This document shows positions 30,645 through 41,316 of a stretch of 61,193 nucleotides of DNA, piece after piece. The DNA is taken from positions 1 through 61,193 of the IMG/VR virus record IMGVR_UViG_3300027419_000034, one strand, 5' to 3'. The stretch comes from a virus (lineage: Duplodnaviria > Caudoviricetes). Below the pieces are notes generated by a model. The model had not been told where the DNA came from. It worked only from the letters and a program-made list of their open reading frames with translations, and searched no databases. Each line of letters starts with the position of its first letter. Position 1 is the first letter of the stretch. Made by a program: the position numbers and the translations under genes.

Positions 30645-30992
30645 ATGTCAGAAGTAAAGGTATTTGATAAGCCGGTAGAGGATAATATTCTTTATCTTAA
30701 ACTTCATCAAATAGAAAATGATATGGTAGATATTGATGCTGTAGATAGTAAGGGTAATAAGATTGATTGGATTCTTACTTTTACTAAGGGTAAGGTTCTT
30801 TTTAATGATACTCTTAATTCTAGAGTTAAACTTCCTAGGAATAAGAAGGGTAATCCTGTAATTTGTCTTGGATATTATGGTGTTATTAGGGAGTTGATTC
30901 CTTCAAGAACTACTATTAAGTCTAAGGAAGTTAAGAAAGTTCCTGCGAAGGCTTCTAAGTCTAAGAAGAAGATTAAGAAGATTTGGGGATAA
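30645..30992 (+). CDS. Hypothetical protein
   Basis: 115 aa, GGAGGAG RBS. Confidence 0.65.
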   Translation: MSEVKVFDKPVEDNILYLKLHQIENDMVDIDAVDSKGNKIDWILTFTKGKVLFNDTLNSRVKLPRNKKGNPVICLGYYGVIRELIPSRTTIKSKEVKKVPAKASKSKKKIKKIWG

Positions 30993-32434
30993 GTAGTAGT
31001 TATCTATGATGAGAGGTTCTATTCTATGATTAATCCTATTCGTCTCAATAGTTTTGAGATTGATGAGATAGTGGATAGTTTTTTGAGATTAGAACTTATC
31101 GGAGATTATTTTTATGTTTATTATATTCAAAAGTTTTATACTGATGTTCATAATAGTGATGGTTCTATTATGAAGTTGGAGATAGGTAAAGATACTAGGA
31201 GTAAGTATATTTATCCTTGTGATGCTAGAATTATTGTTGCTTTGGTTGGGGAGAAGAGGTGTAAGAAGTATGACTGATTTGTGTCCTCGTTGTAAGAGTG
31301 ATGATATTATTGTTGAAGATTCTTCTTGTAAAGATGGTTTTGTTATTAGGGCTTGTAAGTGTTATGCTTGTGATTGTTTATTTAAGGAAGTTTATAGTTT
31401 GGATAGGGTTGAAATTGAATGAATAGTAAAATAGTTTGTAATATTAATAGACAAACTGGAAGTAAATTTGTAAGACAATTAGTTCAAGATTTTAGTAATA
31501 GAGAAAAACAAGATATTCAAACTGAGCGTTTACAGATAGCAAATAAACTTAAAGAAATTTTAAATCCACCGATGAAGTTTTGGGAGTATATGAAAGAGAA
31601 GCATAATTTTGAACCCGGAGAAATAGACGAATCTTGGTGTATTGAATATGATAGGTGGCTAATAGCATTTTATCAAGATAAATATAATAAAATACGTTCT
31701 TTAATTTTGGAGTTAGAGGGGAAGAAAGAATGAATTTTGATTGGAGTATAGCTCCTAATTGGTTGTGGCATTAATTATAGCTACTGTTTTTACTCTTATA
31801 GTTAAATGGATTTTGGGTTGGTAATTATGAATAAGGAGTGGGCGATTGTTACTGGTTTAATGTTTTGTGCTACTATTTACTCTGCTTTTAATGGACACCC
31901 AACTTTAGCGTTGGGTTTGGGTATAGTGGCTGTTTGTTTCTCTTTTGGTATGTAAGGTGTTAGTATGAATGTAACTTTGAATATAGAATCTTGTCCTAGT
32001 AATAGGACTTTGTGTAGTTGTTGTAATACTACTATTGCTTTGAATACTCCTAGGGTTAGTATTCGTGGTGTTGGAAGGCGTGAGAGTGCTAATAAGTATT
32101 ATCATCCTGATTGTATTATTGTGTATATTGATAGCGAAGTTAAAAGGATATTTGGAACTGTTCCTCAATCAAATACTACAAATATAACACCACAATAACT
32201 TTTATATATATATTTAATATATATTGATAGTTTATCTACTAAAATAAGCGTTTAGTCCATATCAGACAAACAAAAACCATAACCATTAGAATATGCTTCA
32301 ATTGGTGCATTGTGGGCTTCACGGTTTGAAAAGGAACTTGGTTTTAATCCAATCCGTGATACTTGGCTGTTCATTTAGCCCTATGTTTTAGTTGGTTTAA
32401 ACCGAACAGATGAATATATATAAAGATTATATAG

Positions 32435-32902
32435 ATGATTAATATGAATATAATGAATACTGGAATAAATATAACCAATACAAAAGTAGAAATAGATAGA
32501 CCACTCAAACCTTGTAAAGATTCAAGATTCTATGACTCAGACCCAGAACAAACAAAGAAGAATAATCAAAGATATTCTTTTGAAACTGGTTCAAAAACAT
32601 TTGAAGATATGATAGAATGGAGAACTAGGTCTGGTGATAAACCACTTATACTAAAGAATAACGAAGTCTTAGTAGTAGTAGATAATTCTACTTTTAATGA
32701 TGAAAGAATAGTAAGTATCTATACTAAGAATCCTCTTAAAGTATATAGAGAAGGAGTAATACCAGACGTTAAAACAGATAAGATTACTATAGATATGTTA
32801 GAAAAAGAAATAGATAAACTAGAAAAGAGATTAGAAGAAAAAGATAAGATAATAAATCAAGCACAAGAATTACTATATAACTATCAAAGAAGTGAAGTAT
32901 AA
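32435..32902 (+). CDS. Hypothetical protein with C-terminal coiled coil
   Basis: 155 aa ORF. Confidence 0.65.
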   Translation: MINMNIMNTGINITNTKVEIDRPLKPCKDSRFYDSDPEQTKKNNQRYSFETGSKTFEDMIEWRTRSGDKPLILKNNEVLVVVDNSTFNDERIVSIYTKNPLKVYREGVIPDVKTDKITIDMLEKEIDKLEKRLEEKDKIINQAQELLYNYQRSEV

Positions 32903-33171
32903 TGATTAAAGCAAAATCTGGAGATAAAATATACATTCCGTCTTCATACTATATAGACCATCCACAAGACGATGTTGATGGAGGAATAGCAACAATAAAT
33001 ACAATAACAGTAAACAACTATCTACCAGAAGACCATTATAATAGAGTCTTCGTATCTGTAGATGAAATACCAAATGTTAGTTATAATCTAACTAGCCTAT
33101 TAGAAAAGCAAGACAAACTAAAAAAAGAATTTAAAGATAAAGTAGCAAGATTATGCGATAGTAAATGGTGA
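32902..33171 (+). CDS. Hypothetical protein
   Basis: Coupled ORF. Confidence 0.65.
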   Translation: MIKAKSGDKIYIPSSYYIDHPQDDVDGGIATINTITVNNYLPEDHYNRVFVSVDEIPNVSYNLTSLLEKQDKLKKEFKDKVARLCDSKW

Positions 33172-33362
33172 TAAGATGGTAAGAAACGCAGAACAAAAAC
33201 TAGAAGAAGCATTCCAAAACCTACTCAACGTAGCAGACGAAATAGAAGAACACAACAAAGCAATCAAAGTTGGAATGAAAGTATTTATACACATACCAGA
33301 TATGTTACACTATAAAGAAAAAGAATCAATAGTAGTAGACTACCAAAGAGAGGGAATGAAGT

Positions 33363-33668
33363 ATGGACTCAGAAATAGAGAGAGCGATAACGGAAGCAAT
33401 ACAAAAACAGAAATTGGAAGAGAAGTATTCAGGAAGCCTGAGTCTACTAGAACTCAGAGTCCAGTCGAAAACACACCCAAATGAAATACAATATTACCCA
33501 AGATTCGATGGCTCAGAATATAGTTGCACTTGTCCCGGATTCGAGTTTAGAAAAACCTGCAAGCATATAGATTTAGTAAAAATAGTAAAAGAAACTCTTA
33601 ACACTAATCTATTTGAAGAAGTTGAGAGTGGGGAAGTAGGAGAACCCACCCCAACTACAGACTACTAA
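33363..33668 (+). CDS. SWIM zinc-finger protein
   Basis: CTCPGFEFRKTCKH. Confidence 0.8.
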   Translation: MDSEIERAITEAIQKQKLEEKYSGSLSLLELRVQSKTHPNEIQYYPRFDGSEYSCTCPGFEFRKTCKHIDLVKIVKETLNTNLFEEVESGEVGEPTPTTDY

Positions 33669-33738
33669 TACTAGCGTGGGAACACTAGAACAATAGTCTA
33701 ACTATAACTATATATACTTCTAACTATTTAACTATACG

Positions 33739-34842
33739 ATGGAGATGTTACTAATGCAAAGAAATGAAGTTTTTAATTCTATCACACAAACATTTGAAGA
33801 TAAGTATCTCGGACTCGGAAGAGAAGTCGGAGAAGAATTTATGTATTCAGTAGCATCATATAACATACAACAATTCCAGCAACCAGAATTTAGAATACGT
33901 AGACACTTGTGCTTATACTATCCAGCAGGATGGCTTAAGTCTAGCATCCTAATGAAGTTTAACGATATACTAGGAAAACAAAACTGTTCATTTACTAGCG
34001 ACCTTACTCTAGCCGCAATGCGTGGTTCAGTAGAATGTGGACAGTTTGTAGTCCCATCAACACTAAAATCTCCCTTTGCAGTAGCAACAGAGTTTGGACA
34101 AATGGTAAATCCAGACTCACAAGACCTAGTTCAAAAACTACTCAACGTATTGGAAGAAGGAGTTGTATCTGTATCACTCGTAAAGATAGGACAACTTGAT
34201 AAGATAGCAAGATTAGATGCAGAAGCTAAATATCCCGGACTAAAGTTCATAGACCAGAATACATTTACCTATAAGACTAACTGGATATTGTTTGCAGGAA
34301 CATACGCAAAGAAGTATCTCGTAGATAATGCTCTCGAATCTAGGTTTATAGTATGTAGTCCTATGGAACATCTTACTCCTGAACTAGTAAAGCACGTTAA
34401 TAATAGCAGACCATTTAATGAATTGATAGATGTAGATGCAGTCATAACTCTTCAATCTATGTTAAAAGAAAACTCTAACATAGATATGAAAGTAATACTT
34501 CCTGATGAAGTATATCATAGGAAAGAACCTATTACTGTAAGAGAATCTGCTCAACTTATATCTTATGTATTAGCTCGTAGGTGGTATGGTATTGATACTA
34601 CTACGGAAGATATTATTGCTACAGCAGAGAAGTATCATAAGAACTCTATGGCAGTATGGAGTTCATCAGAAGATATGATATTTAATGTTCTTATGAAAGA
34701 ACCCGGTAAAGAATATACTCTAGAAGATATAGCAAATACTACTAGATTGTCTAGACTACAGACATATAACTCTCTACGCAAGCTAGGAGTCAGTCCGTAT
34801 ATACATCCTGAGTCTGCAAAAAAAGTTTATAAGCTATCTTAG
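33739..34842 (+). CDS. Divergent MCM-like AAA+ helicase with C-terminal wHTH
   Basis: PAGWLKS (Walker A-like), ATEFGQM (Walker B-like), LLNVLEEGVVSV, ALESRF, ITVRE. Confidence 0.7.
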   Translation: MEMLLMQRNEVFNSITQTFEDKYLGLGREVGEEFMYSVASYNIQQFQQPEFRIRRHLCLYYPAGWLKSSILMKFNDILGKQNCSFTSDLTLAAMRGSVECGQFVVPSTLKSPFAVATEFGQMVNPDSQDLVQKLLNVLEEGVVSVSLVKIGQLDKIARLDAEAKYPGLKFIDQNTFTYKTNWILFAGTYAKKYLVDNALESRFIVCSPMEHLTPELVKHVNNSRPFNELIDVDAVITLQSMLKENSNIDMKVILPDEVYHRKEPITVRESAQLISYVLARRWYGIDTTTEDIIATAEKYHKNSMAVWSSSEDMIFNVLMKEPGKEYTLEDIANTTRLSRLQTYNSLRKLGVSPYIHPESAKKVYKLS

Positions 34843-35160
34843 GATAGTTATAATATCTAAATGTCTAGATATCTAAACATCATAACTTTGTTTAAATGTC
34901 TAGATATTACAATATCTATACAAAAGATATATATATCTTTAGGTTCATTATATTATTACATTCAATATGTTGTAATATTATAACTGAATGTAATCATATA
35001 AGATAAATATATAATATACAAATATATAATATATAATAACATATAATATATTAAAGATTTAAATTCAATAAGTCGTTACTTCGTAACGACTATAATATGT
35101 TAATATATAAACATATATTATATATTAATATAATATCCTATATAAGTAGGAGTTGAAGTA
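34843..35160. other. Putative replication origin
   Basis: Very AT-rich; direct repeat taaatgtctagatat (34858, 34893); inverted repeats 34955-34994 and 35071-35091; next to helicase. Confidence 0.55.
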
Positions 35161-35163
35161 GTA

Positions 35164-35424
35164 ATGGGATATATTGATATTGATAATATCAACATAGATA
35201 CACTAGTTAGTGTAAGAAAAGTAAACAAGTCTCAAGTATCTGGACAGAGACTATTATCCATACCATCAATGCATTGTAAACTATTCGGAGATGCAGACGA
35301 TTATACTTTCATTAGTGGAAAATATATTGTCCTAGTTCCATCTAATAAATTAAAGATATCTAAAGAAGAATATCTTAAGATACAAGATGCACTAGATAAA
35401 ATATTAGAAGACAAAATAGTATAA
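35164..35424 (+). CDS. AbrB-like protein
   Basis: VRKV.....SGQRLLSIP. Confidence 0.5.
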   Translation: MGYIDIDNINIDTLVSVRKVNKSQVSGQRLLSIPSMHCKLFGDADDYTFISGKYIVLVPSNKLKISKEEYLKIQDALDKILEDKIV

Positions 35425-35425
35425 G

Positions 35426-35890
35426 GTGGTAACAATGGCTAATGTTTCAGACATATTCGGACAAGACTTTGCATCTAAACTCAGTTCAGCAAAAAGACCT
35501 TGGACTGAAATATCAGAAGAAGAAATACCTGCTATAGTAGAACAGATAAAGAAATTATCACCAGACTCAGCAGCAACATTCTATTTTAAGAAGTATAAGA
35601 ATGAAGAAAAAAGAATGGAGATACTCTTAGTTACATCTCTTAAAGATGGAACAGTTAAGATTAGACCGACAAAGAATCCATCATTTGTATTTGTAACAGG
35701 AATAAAGTGGTTAGATAAATTCGTATCATTGTTTATGTCCATAGACGATTCTATGAAGATACAACCAGAAACAACTTATGTTATAGTAGGTAACTTACAA
35801 ACTAAACCATATAATGGAAGTGAGTCTTACTCTATGTTTGTAAAGAAAATATTTACTCTTGAAGATATACAAAAATATATGAAGGTGTGA
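35426..35890 (+). CDS. Putative OB-fold ssDNA-binding protein
   Basis: YVIVGNLQTKPYNG..SYSMFVKKI; replication block. Confidence 0.5.
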   Translation: MVTMANVSDIFGQDFASKLSSAKRPWTEISEEEIPAIVEQIKKLSPDSAATFYFKKYKNEEKRMEILLVTSLKDGTVKIRPTKNPSFVFVTGIKWLDKFVSLFMSIDDSMKIQPETTYVIVGNLQTKPYNGSESYSMFVKKIFTLEDIQKYMKV

Positions 35891-36372
35891 ATAGAATGAA
35901 GAGTGAGTGTAAAGTATTTGTTAATGGTGTTCAAGAATCTAGACTCTATAGAGATGATGATTTTGAATATTCAAAGACACCAGTAGAACTTGGAATGTCA
36001 CACCTTGGTTCTGTAGTAATGATAGAAGTTACTAGAGAAGACAAAGTTATAGAGAGATTCAAGTTTAATGCTAACGACTTTATATACTTACTCAATTCTA
36101 TGAATAACACGGAGTTCAAAGTAACTGCTACATTTAGAGCATTCCTTAAGGATATCTCGAAGAAGAAGAGAGAGGAACTCGAAGCAGACTTTGCAGACCA
36201 AGATGCTATGATAGTAAATCCAAGAGATGAATATCAGAGACTTAAAGAGATGGAAGATGAAATAGCTAAAGATGCTGATATGTATATTGGCGTTGATTAC
36301 GCAACAGAAGTTATACAAGAAGGTGAAAATATAAATGGCAGAAATACAGACAGCATTAGCACAACCAGATAA
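35887..36372 (+). CDS. Hypothetical protein
   Basis: 161 aa ORF. Confidence 0.65.
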   Translation: MNRMKSECKVFVNGVQESRLYRDDDFEYSKTPVELGMSHLGSVVMIEVTREDKVIERFKFNANDFIYLLNSMNNTEFKVTATFRAFLKDISKKKREELEADFADQDAMIVNPRDEYQRLKEMEDEIAKDADMYIGVDYATEVIQEGENINGRNTDSISTTR

Positions 36373-36553
36373 TAAACTCGTTAATGTCGGATTTATTAGA
36401 ATGAGTAAGAGTGGAAAGAGTCTTACTATTAGTATCAAGCAACCAGTAACAGAAGGACAGTATATGATTATTAGTCTTAAAGATATCAAGGCCATACTTG
36501 AAGATACTTCTGGACAGGCATTTGGAAAGGTTGGAACTTTCGTAAAACAATAA
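36335..36553 (+). CDS. Hypothetical protein
   Basis: VGFIRMSKSGKSLTISI. Confidence 0.6.
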   Translation: MAEIQTALAQPDNKLVNVGFIRMSKSGKSLTISIKQPVTEGQYMIISLKDIKAILEDTSGQAFGKVGTFVKQ

Positions 36554-36680
36554 GTTGATAGAATGGAACATACTCATATGGAGTGTAAGTGCAATCACGT
36601 TGGTGTGCATATAGTATGCGCTTGTGGAAAGATTGATGCTTGCATTACTTGTGTTAGTGCTTGTGAGAGGAGAGAACAAA

Positions 36681-37361
36681 ATGGTAGAAAAGACAGAAGC
36701 ACAAAAGGTAGCAGAACTATTTAATAAGAAACCAGTAACATCTGGACAACTTGAAGTAGTTAATAAAGTAGATTATGCTACAATGGATATAAAGGATATA
36801 GAGACTTGGGAACGCCAACTCGCTTTAGTAAAGTCTATAGTAGCAAAGGATTGTAGTGATGATGAGTTTTTATATCTTATTCATCAGGCTAAGTCTTATG
36901 GATTGAATCCTCTTAGGAAAGAAATTTGGGCTGTAAAGTTTGCAGGAAGACCAGCACTTGTTTTTGCAGGAAGAGATGGTTATCTTTCGATAGCACACAA
37001 GTCTGGAAAGTTTGGTAGTATGAAAACTACATTCGAGTTTCCAAAAGAAAATAATATTGGAATACCAATCTCAGCAACTTGCTTAGTCTTTAGAAAAGAT
37101 TATAATTTACCATTTGAATGCACAGTATTCTTTAACGAGTATAACTCAAGTAGTAATCCATTGTGGAAGAAGATGCCTTGTGTAATGCTTGGTAAGGTTG
37201 CAGAATCATCTTGTCTTAGGAGAGCATTTAATATAAGTGGATTATATGACCCGTCAGAAATGGATAACTCTGGTCTAATTCACGCATCAAATAATAGTTC
37301 TAATAAAGAAATAGTAATAGAAAAGGTAGATGTTATTAATGAACACAACTCTGGAGAATGA
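36681..37361 (+). CDS. bet: RecT/Bet-family ssDNA annealing protein
   Basis: GLNPLRKEIW, GRDGY..IA, WKKMP.VML.KVAES..LRRAF.ISGLY..SEM. Confidence 0.9.
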   Translation: MVEKTEAQKVAELFNKKPVTSGQLEVVNKVDYATMDIKDIETWERQLALVKSIVAKDCSDDEFLYLIHQAKSYGLNPLRKEIWAVKFAGRPALVFAGRDGYLSIAHKSGKFGSMKTTFEFPKENNIGIPISATCLVFRKDYNLPFECTVFFNEYNSSSNPLWKKMPCVMLGKVAESSCLRRAFNISGLYDPSEMDNSGLIHASNNSSNKEIVIEKVDVINEHNSGE

Positions 37362-38059
37362 AATCTGTGTAGTCTGTAATAAGGATAAAGCAGTAATCTT
37401 TTGTTCTTGTTGTGGAAGAGGTTGTTGTATAAAGTGTTTTAATAAAGATGAGAATGAAGTTTGGAAGAAGTTAGAAGAAGTTCATAAAGAAGGTGTGAAG
37501 AATGAGTGAATTATTTTTAGGATTTGTTGGTGGTTTAGTAGCATCTGGAATTACTTATACTATCTATAAGGGTAGTCACCAAGATTTAAAAGAAGAAGGA
37601 TATAAGAAAGGATATTTAGAATCAGAAGAAAAGAGTAAGTTTGAATATAATAAAGGATTTCAAGATGGAGTAAGAAGATATAAAGATTCAGAATTTGAAG
37701 AATATAGTAGAATGGTATATCGTAAAAATAATGAAATAAAGAATCTTTCTGAAACTATAGAAAGACTTGAAAAAGAATTACTTACATCTAATACTTCTAT
37801 GAATGTAGTTTGTATTTGTAATTGCAAAGATTGTAAAAAGAAAAAGAGGAAGTGAATAATATGTGTCCAAGTAATTGTTTTGCAGATGGAATAGTAGGAG
37901 CAATAATAGTAGCCGTATTTATAGGTGTAGAATATTGTGTATATCAACTCGGTAAATCAGACGGAAGATATAACGGTTTTAAAGATGGTTATGAAGATGC
38001 AGAAAAATTCTATAAAGAATATATAAAAAAGTATTATAAATCAAAGTAATAATTATAGT

Positions 38060-38170
38060 GGGGGCTTTGTAGAAATAACTGATGGCCGTGTGCCGCAAAC
38101 TAGCTACAGTAATTGATTGTATGTTTGAATACAGGATATGTTGCCGGTGCAACTCCGGCAGCCTCCACCA
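38060..38170 (+). ncRNA. tRNA-Ala-mimic / tmRNA-like RNA
   Basis: Acceptor GGGGGCT/AGCCTCC with G3-U70, A73, CCA; T-arm GCCGG-TGCAACT-CCGGC; no standard D/anticodon arms. Confidence 0.7.
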
Positions 38171-38448
38171 ATATATTTATTAAAAGTGAATAGAATGGAA
38201 ACTGTAGAACAAGAATTGTTGAGTATAGCAGATAGAACTTTAAAAGCAGAGTTTCCAAAAGTAGGAAAATTAAAAAAGACCAATAAATCTATTATAATAT
38301 TTTTAAATAAAAATTTAGATAAAAGAACAATAATATCAATAAGTAAAGATGAAATAGATTCAGCACCACTCTTACCACTTTTACAAAATAAACTTCCATT
38401 TGATATGAGAGAAATAGATGTTCATATGATTAATAAATTTTATATGGA

Positions 38449-38949
38449 GTGATTCTTATGGTATCAAGAATAATATGGGGTAATAGTCCACCAATAACAT
38501 TATCAGATGGAGACGAACTAAGAATAGATAATAATCTATTAACATATGGTAATGGAATTGTTAATAGTGGAAGAAGAACAATATCACTAATAAAGTCACT
38601 TAGAGATTCAGGATTAGCATTAGATTATAATAATAAAGAGGAGGAGATACAAATGGCAGACGCAGGAAGTCGTTACAGCATCATTGAGAACTTGGCGAAA
38701 GACAAGTTACTTGCTGAAATGGCAATCAAGAATGAAAAGAATAGGATTAGTGGACTCGAAGCAAAACTTCGCAACTGGAAACAGGATATAGCTCGTAGTC
38801 AGCAACAACTTGAAAACGAACTTGAAGATGCTAAAGCAGTAGCAGTAGTAGAAACAGAGTTCAACAACAAGAAGATTGTTCAACTCGATGCTGCAATAGC
38901 ACAGATTCAGAAGATTTCTGAGACTGTCGAAAAAGGAAACAAGGAGTAA
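38449..38949 (+). CDS. Coiled-coil protein
   Basis: Internal strong RBS suggests start MADAGS at 38653. Confidence 0.6.
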   Translation: MILMVSRIIWGNSPPITLSDGDELRIDNNLLTYGNGIVNSGRRTISLIKSLRDSGLALDYNNKEEEIQMADAGSRYSIIENLAKDKLLAEMAIKNEKNRISGLEAKLRNWKQDIARSQQQLENELEDAKAVAVVETEFNNKKIVQLDAAIAQIQKISETVEKGNKE

Positions 38950-39586
38950 ATACTCCTTTCTTTTGGGTAAATTGGATTAGTAATTAAAGGGGATAAGGTA
39001 GTAATACTGTTCCGTGATTATACTGTTTCGTTCCAGTATAAATAAGATTAGTAGTCCTAGCCTTCTAAAAGTCTTTTTTGGGCTATAACCAGCAAGCTAT
39101 GAAAAGCAATGGTAGTGAATTTAAGCGGCTACATATCTTTAGGAGTGTGTAGTTTAGACATTCACATACTAGTTCATTATATAAGATTCGTCTTGTAACT
39201 GGACGCTGGTAGCTTAACAATTGAGATGATTGATATGGATGGATATAAATTTATTGGTAATATATTAATTGGTTCTGGAATACTATTTTGGTTAATAGTA
39301 ATAGTTATTTTTGCTATAATATTAGTAACTTATATTTCCTCAATTGTTTTTGTTGGAATGATATTTTTTGCACTCTGTATAATTTTTGTAGCATATGCTC
39401 TTGGTTATATATATAGTGTCTAGTGATTAAGATGGATTTTAAAACAATAAGAAAACAAATAATAGAATTCTTTAAACATAAAGAACCAGAAAAACAAGCA
39501 GAAGGATATAACATAGAAGGAGTATTCTATACAAAAGAAGAACTTAAAAAGAAACAAAACGAATGGATTGAACGTGGGATAATACA

Positions 39587-40420
39587 ATGAACCAACATTT
39601 TTCATTCTTACTAAAACACTATCCAGAAACTAAAGTGTTCGCAAGATTCAAACACGATGGAGAAATATTAACAACACATTGGGTAGCAGCAAAAGACTGG
39701 TATTCATTACACAAAACAGACCCAACAGACTATGTAATACTCGCCAACGAAATAGTATTAGAAACAGACTTCTCTACAAAAGAAGAGAACGAAAAGTATT
39801 TCTATGATACCGTTAAACCAAAGTTGGATAAAGAAAAGATATCGTATATTGCTGGAGATTCTGGAAACAAGTCATTCCACGTTCATATACAATATGACCA
39901 AGAACTAACTGGATATCAGAAAGTTAGAATAGTAGAAGACTTATTTCCCGGACACCCATTTGATAAGAATCTCTTATCTAATACACACGGTGTAAGATTA
40001 TTTAGTGCAAAGCATCCAGAGACAGGTAAACCAAAAGTTAGAGTTGTTAAGGTTGATGGTCTTAATAGTATAGACTTGTCTAGATACCCAAAGGTTAAAG
40101 AAGATAAAGGAATATTTATTAATGTTGATAAGAATACTAGGCTTAAAGATTGTCCAGTATTATCATTGGCATTGAAGATGAAGTTTCCACAGGGAGCTAG
40201 GCATACGGTATTGATTCCTAACTTCTTGGCTTTACATCCAACGGATGAAGAGATGAATCAGTTTTGTAAGACTCAGGGTATGAATGTTAGTGAGTTGAAG
40301 GGTTGGCTTGATTCTAATAAGTTTCAAGCTAGGTTCTCTTGTAAGCAGATTAAGTATCATTATGCTGAGTATCACGACCAATGTATTAATAGAACTTGCT
40401 TGCAAGGACAAAAAAGATGA
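39587..40420 (+). CDS. Archaeo-eukaryotic primase (AEP) family protein
   Basis: IVLETD (motif I variant), SGNKSFHVH (motif II), C-terminal Cys-containing domain. Confidence 0.75.
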   Translation: MNQHFSFLLKHYPETKVFARFKHDGEILTTHWVAAKDWYSLHKTDPTDYVILANEIVLETDFSTKEENEKYFYDTVKPKLDKEKISYIAGDSGNKSFHVHIQYDQELTGYQKVRIVEDLFPGHPFDKNLLSNTHGVRLFSAKHPETGKPKVRVVKVDGLNSIDLSRYPKVKEDKGIFINVDKNTRLKDCPVLSLALKMKFPQGARHTVLIPNFLALHPTDEEMNQFCKTQGMNVSELKGWLDSNKFQARFSCKQIKYHYAEYHDQCINRTCLQGQKR

Positions 40421-40608
40421 TTAATATGGGAATGATTAAAAAGAAAATGTGTATATGTGGTCACTCTGAAAATATGCATAATTTAGAAATATGTTTTATA
40501 CAACAAAATAAAGAAGGAAAAATAATTTCCAAGCATTGTCAATCTGATTGCGATTATGAAACTAAAACTAAGATATGTAATTGTAAAAGATTTAGAGAAA
40601 AGAAGTAG
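40396..40608 (+). CDS. Cys/His-rich protein, paralog A
   Basis: CICGHSENMH...CNCKRF. Confidence 0.7.
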   Translation: MLARTKKMINMGMIKKKMCICGHSENMHNLEICFIQQNKEGKIISKHCQSDCDYETKTKICNCKRFREKK

Positions 40609-40614
40609 ATTATT

Positions 40615-41124
40615 ATGGATAAACTAATCAAATTACACGATAAAGTAAAGAATCATTCCTTTCGTTTAAATCATAAAAAAGGAAAACAAAAAGAATATAG
40701 AGAACTTTTATACCAACTAGTAAGAGAATTTGATAAAAAAACAAATGAACTTTTACCAGATAGAAATTTGGATTTGGGATATCTATTTCACGAACAGTTC
40801 TCACTAGTAATGGCACTAGACTATTATGAGTTTGATAAAAATTTAGATGAACTTCATTATAAAGAATCTCTTAATCCATTTAAAGTTGGAGAAATAATGG
40901 CTGCAATAGAAACAACTATAATTCAACAGATACACCAGTTTATAAATACAAAAAAGATAGATAAGTTTACTACTTTCTATCACGGTTGTAATGATGCACC
41001 TTGGGGAAGATGGAATACTTATGTATGGAATCCAAAGAAAAAAGAATATGAAAACATAAGTTATAAAGAAAGTGGATATAAGTTTAATAAAGAAACTTGG
41101 AAATGGGAAAAGAAAAAGAAGTGA
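40615..41124 (+). CDS. Hypothetical protein
   Basis: 169 aa between the two paralogs. Confidence 0.65.
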   Translation: MDKLIKLHDKVKNHSFRLNHKKGKQKEYRELLYQLVREFDKKTNELLPDRNLDLGYLFHEQFSLVMALDYYEFDKNLDELHYKESLNPFKVGEIMAAIETTIIQQIHQFINTKKIDKFTTFYHGCNDAPWGRWNTYVWNPKKKEYENISYKESGYKFNKETWKWEKKKK

Positions 41125-41315
41125 TTATTATGACTATGATTAATAAGAGAATGTGTAAATGTGGTCATTCTGAAAATAATCACGGTCAAGAAGTATGTTT
41201 TAAAAATTGTAATAGAGAAGGAAAAGTAATTTCTAAACAATGTTATTCTGAATGTGAATATGAAACTAAAACTAAAAAATGTAATTGCCAAAGATTTAGA
41301 TTAAAAGTGAAGTAG
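41097..41315 (+). CDS. Cys/His-rich protein, paralog B
   Basis: CKCGHSENNH...CNCQRF. Confidence 0.7.
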   Translation: MEMGKEKEVIIMTMINKRMCKCGHSENNHGQEVCFKNCNREGKVISKQCYSECEYETKTKKCNCQRFRLKVK

Positions 41316-41316
41316 A

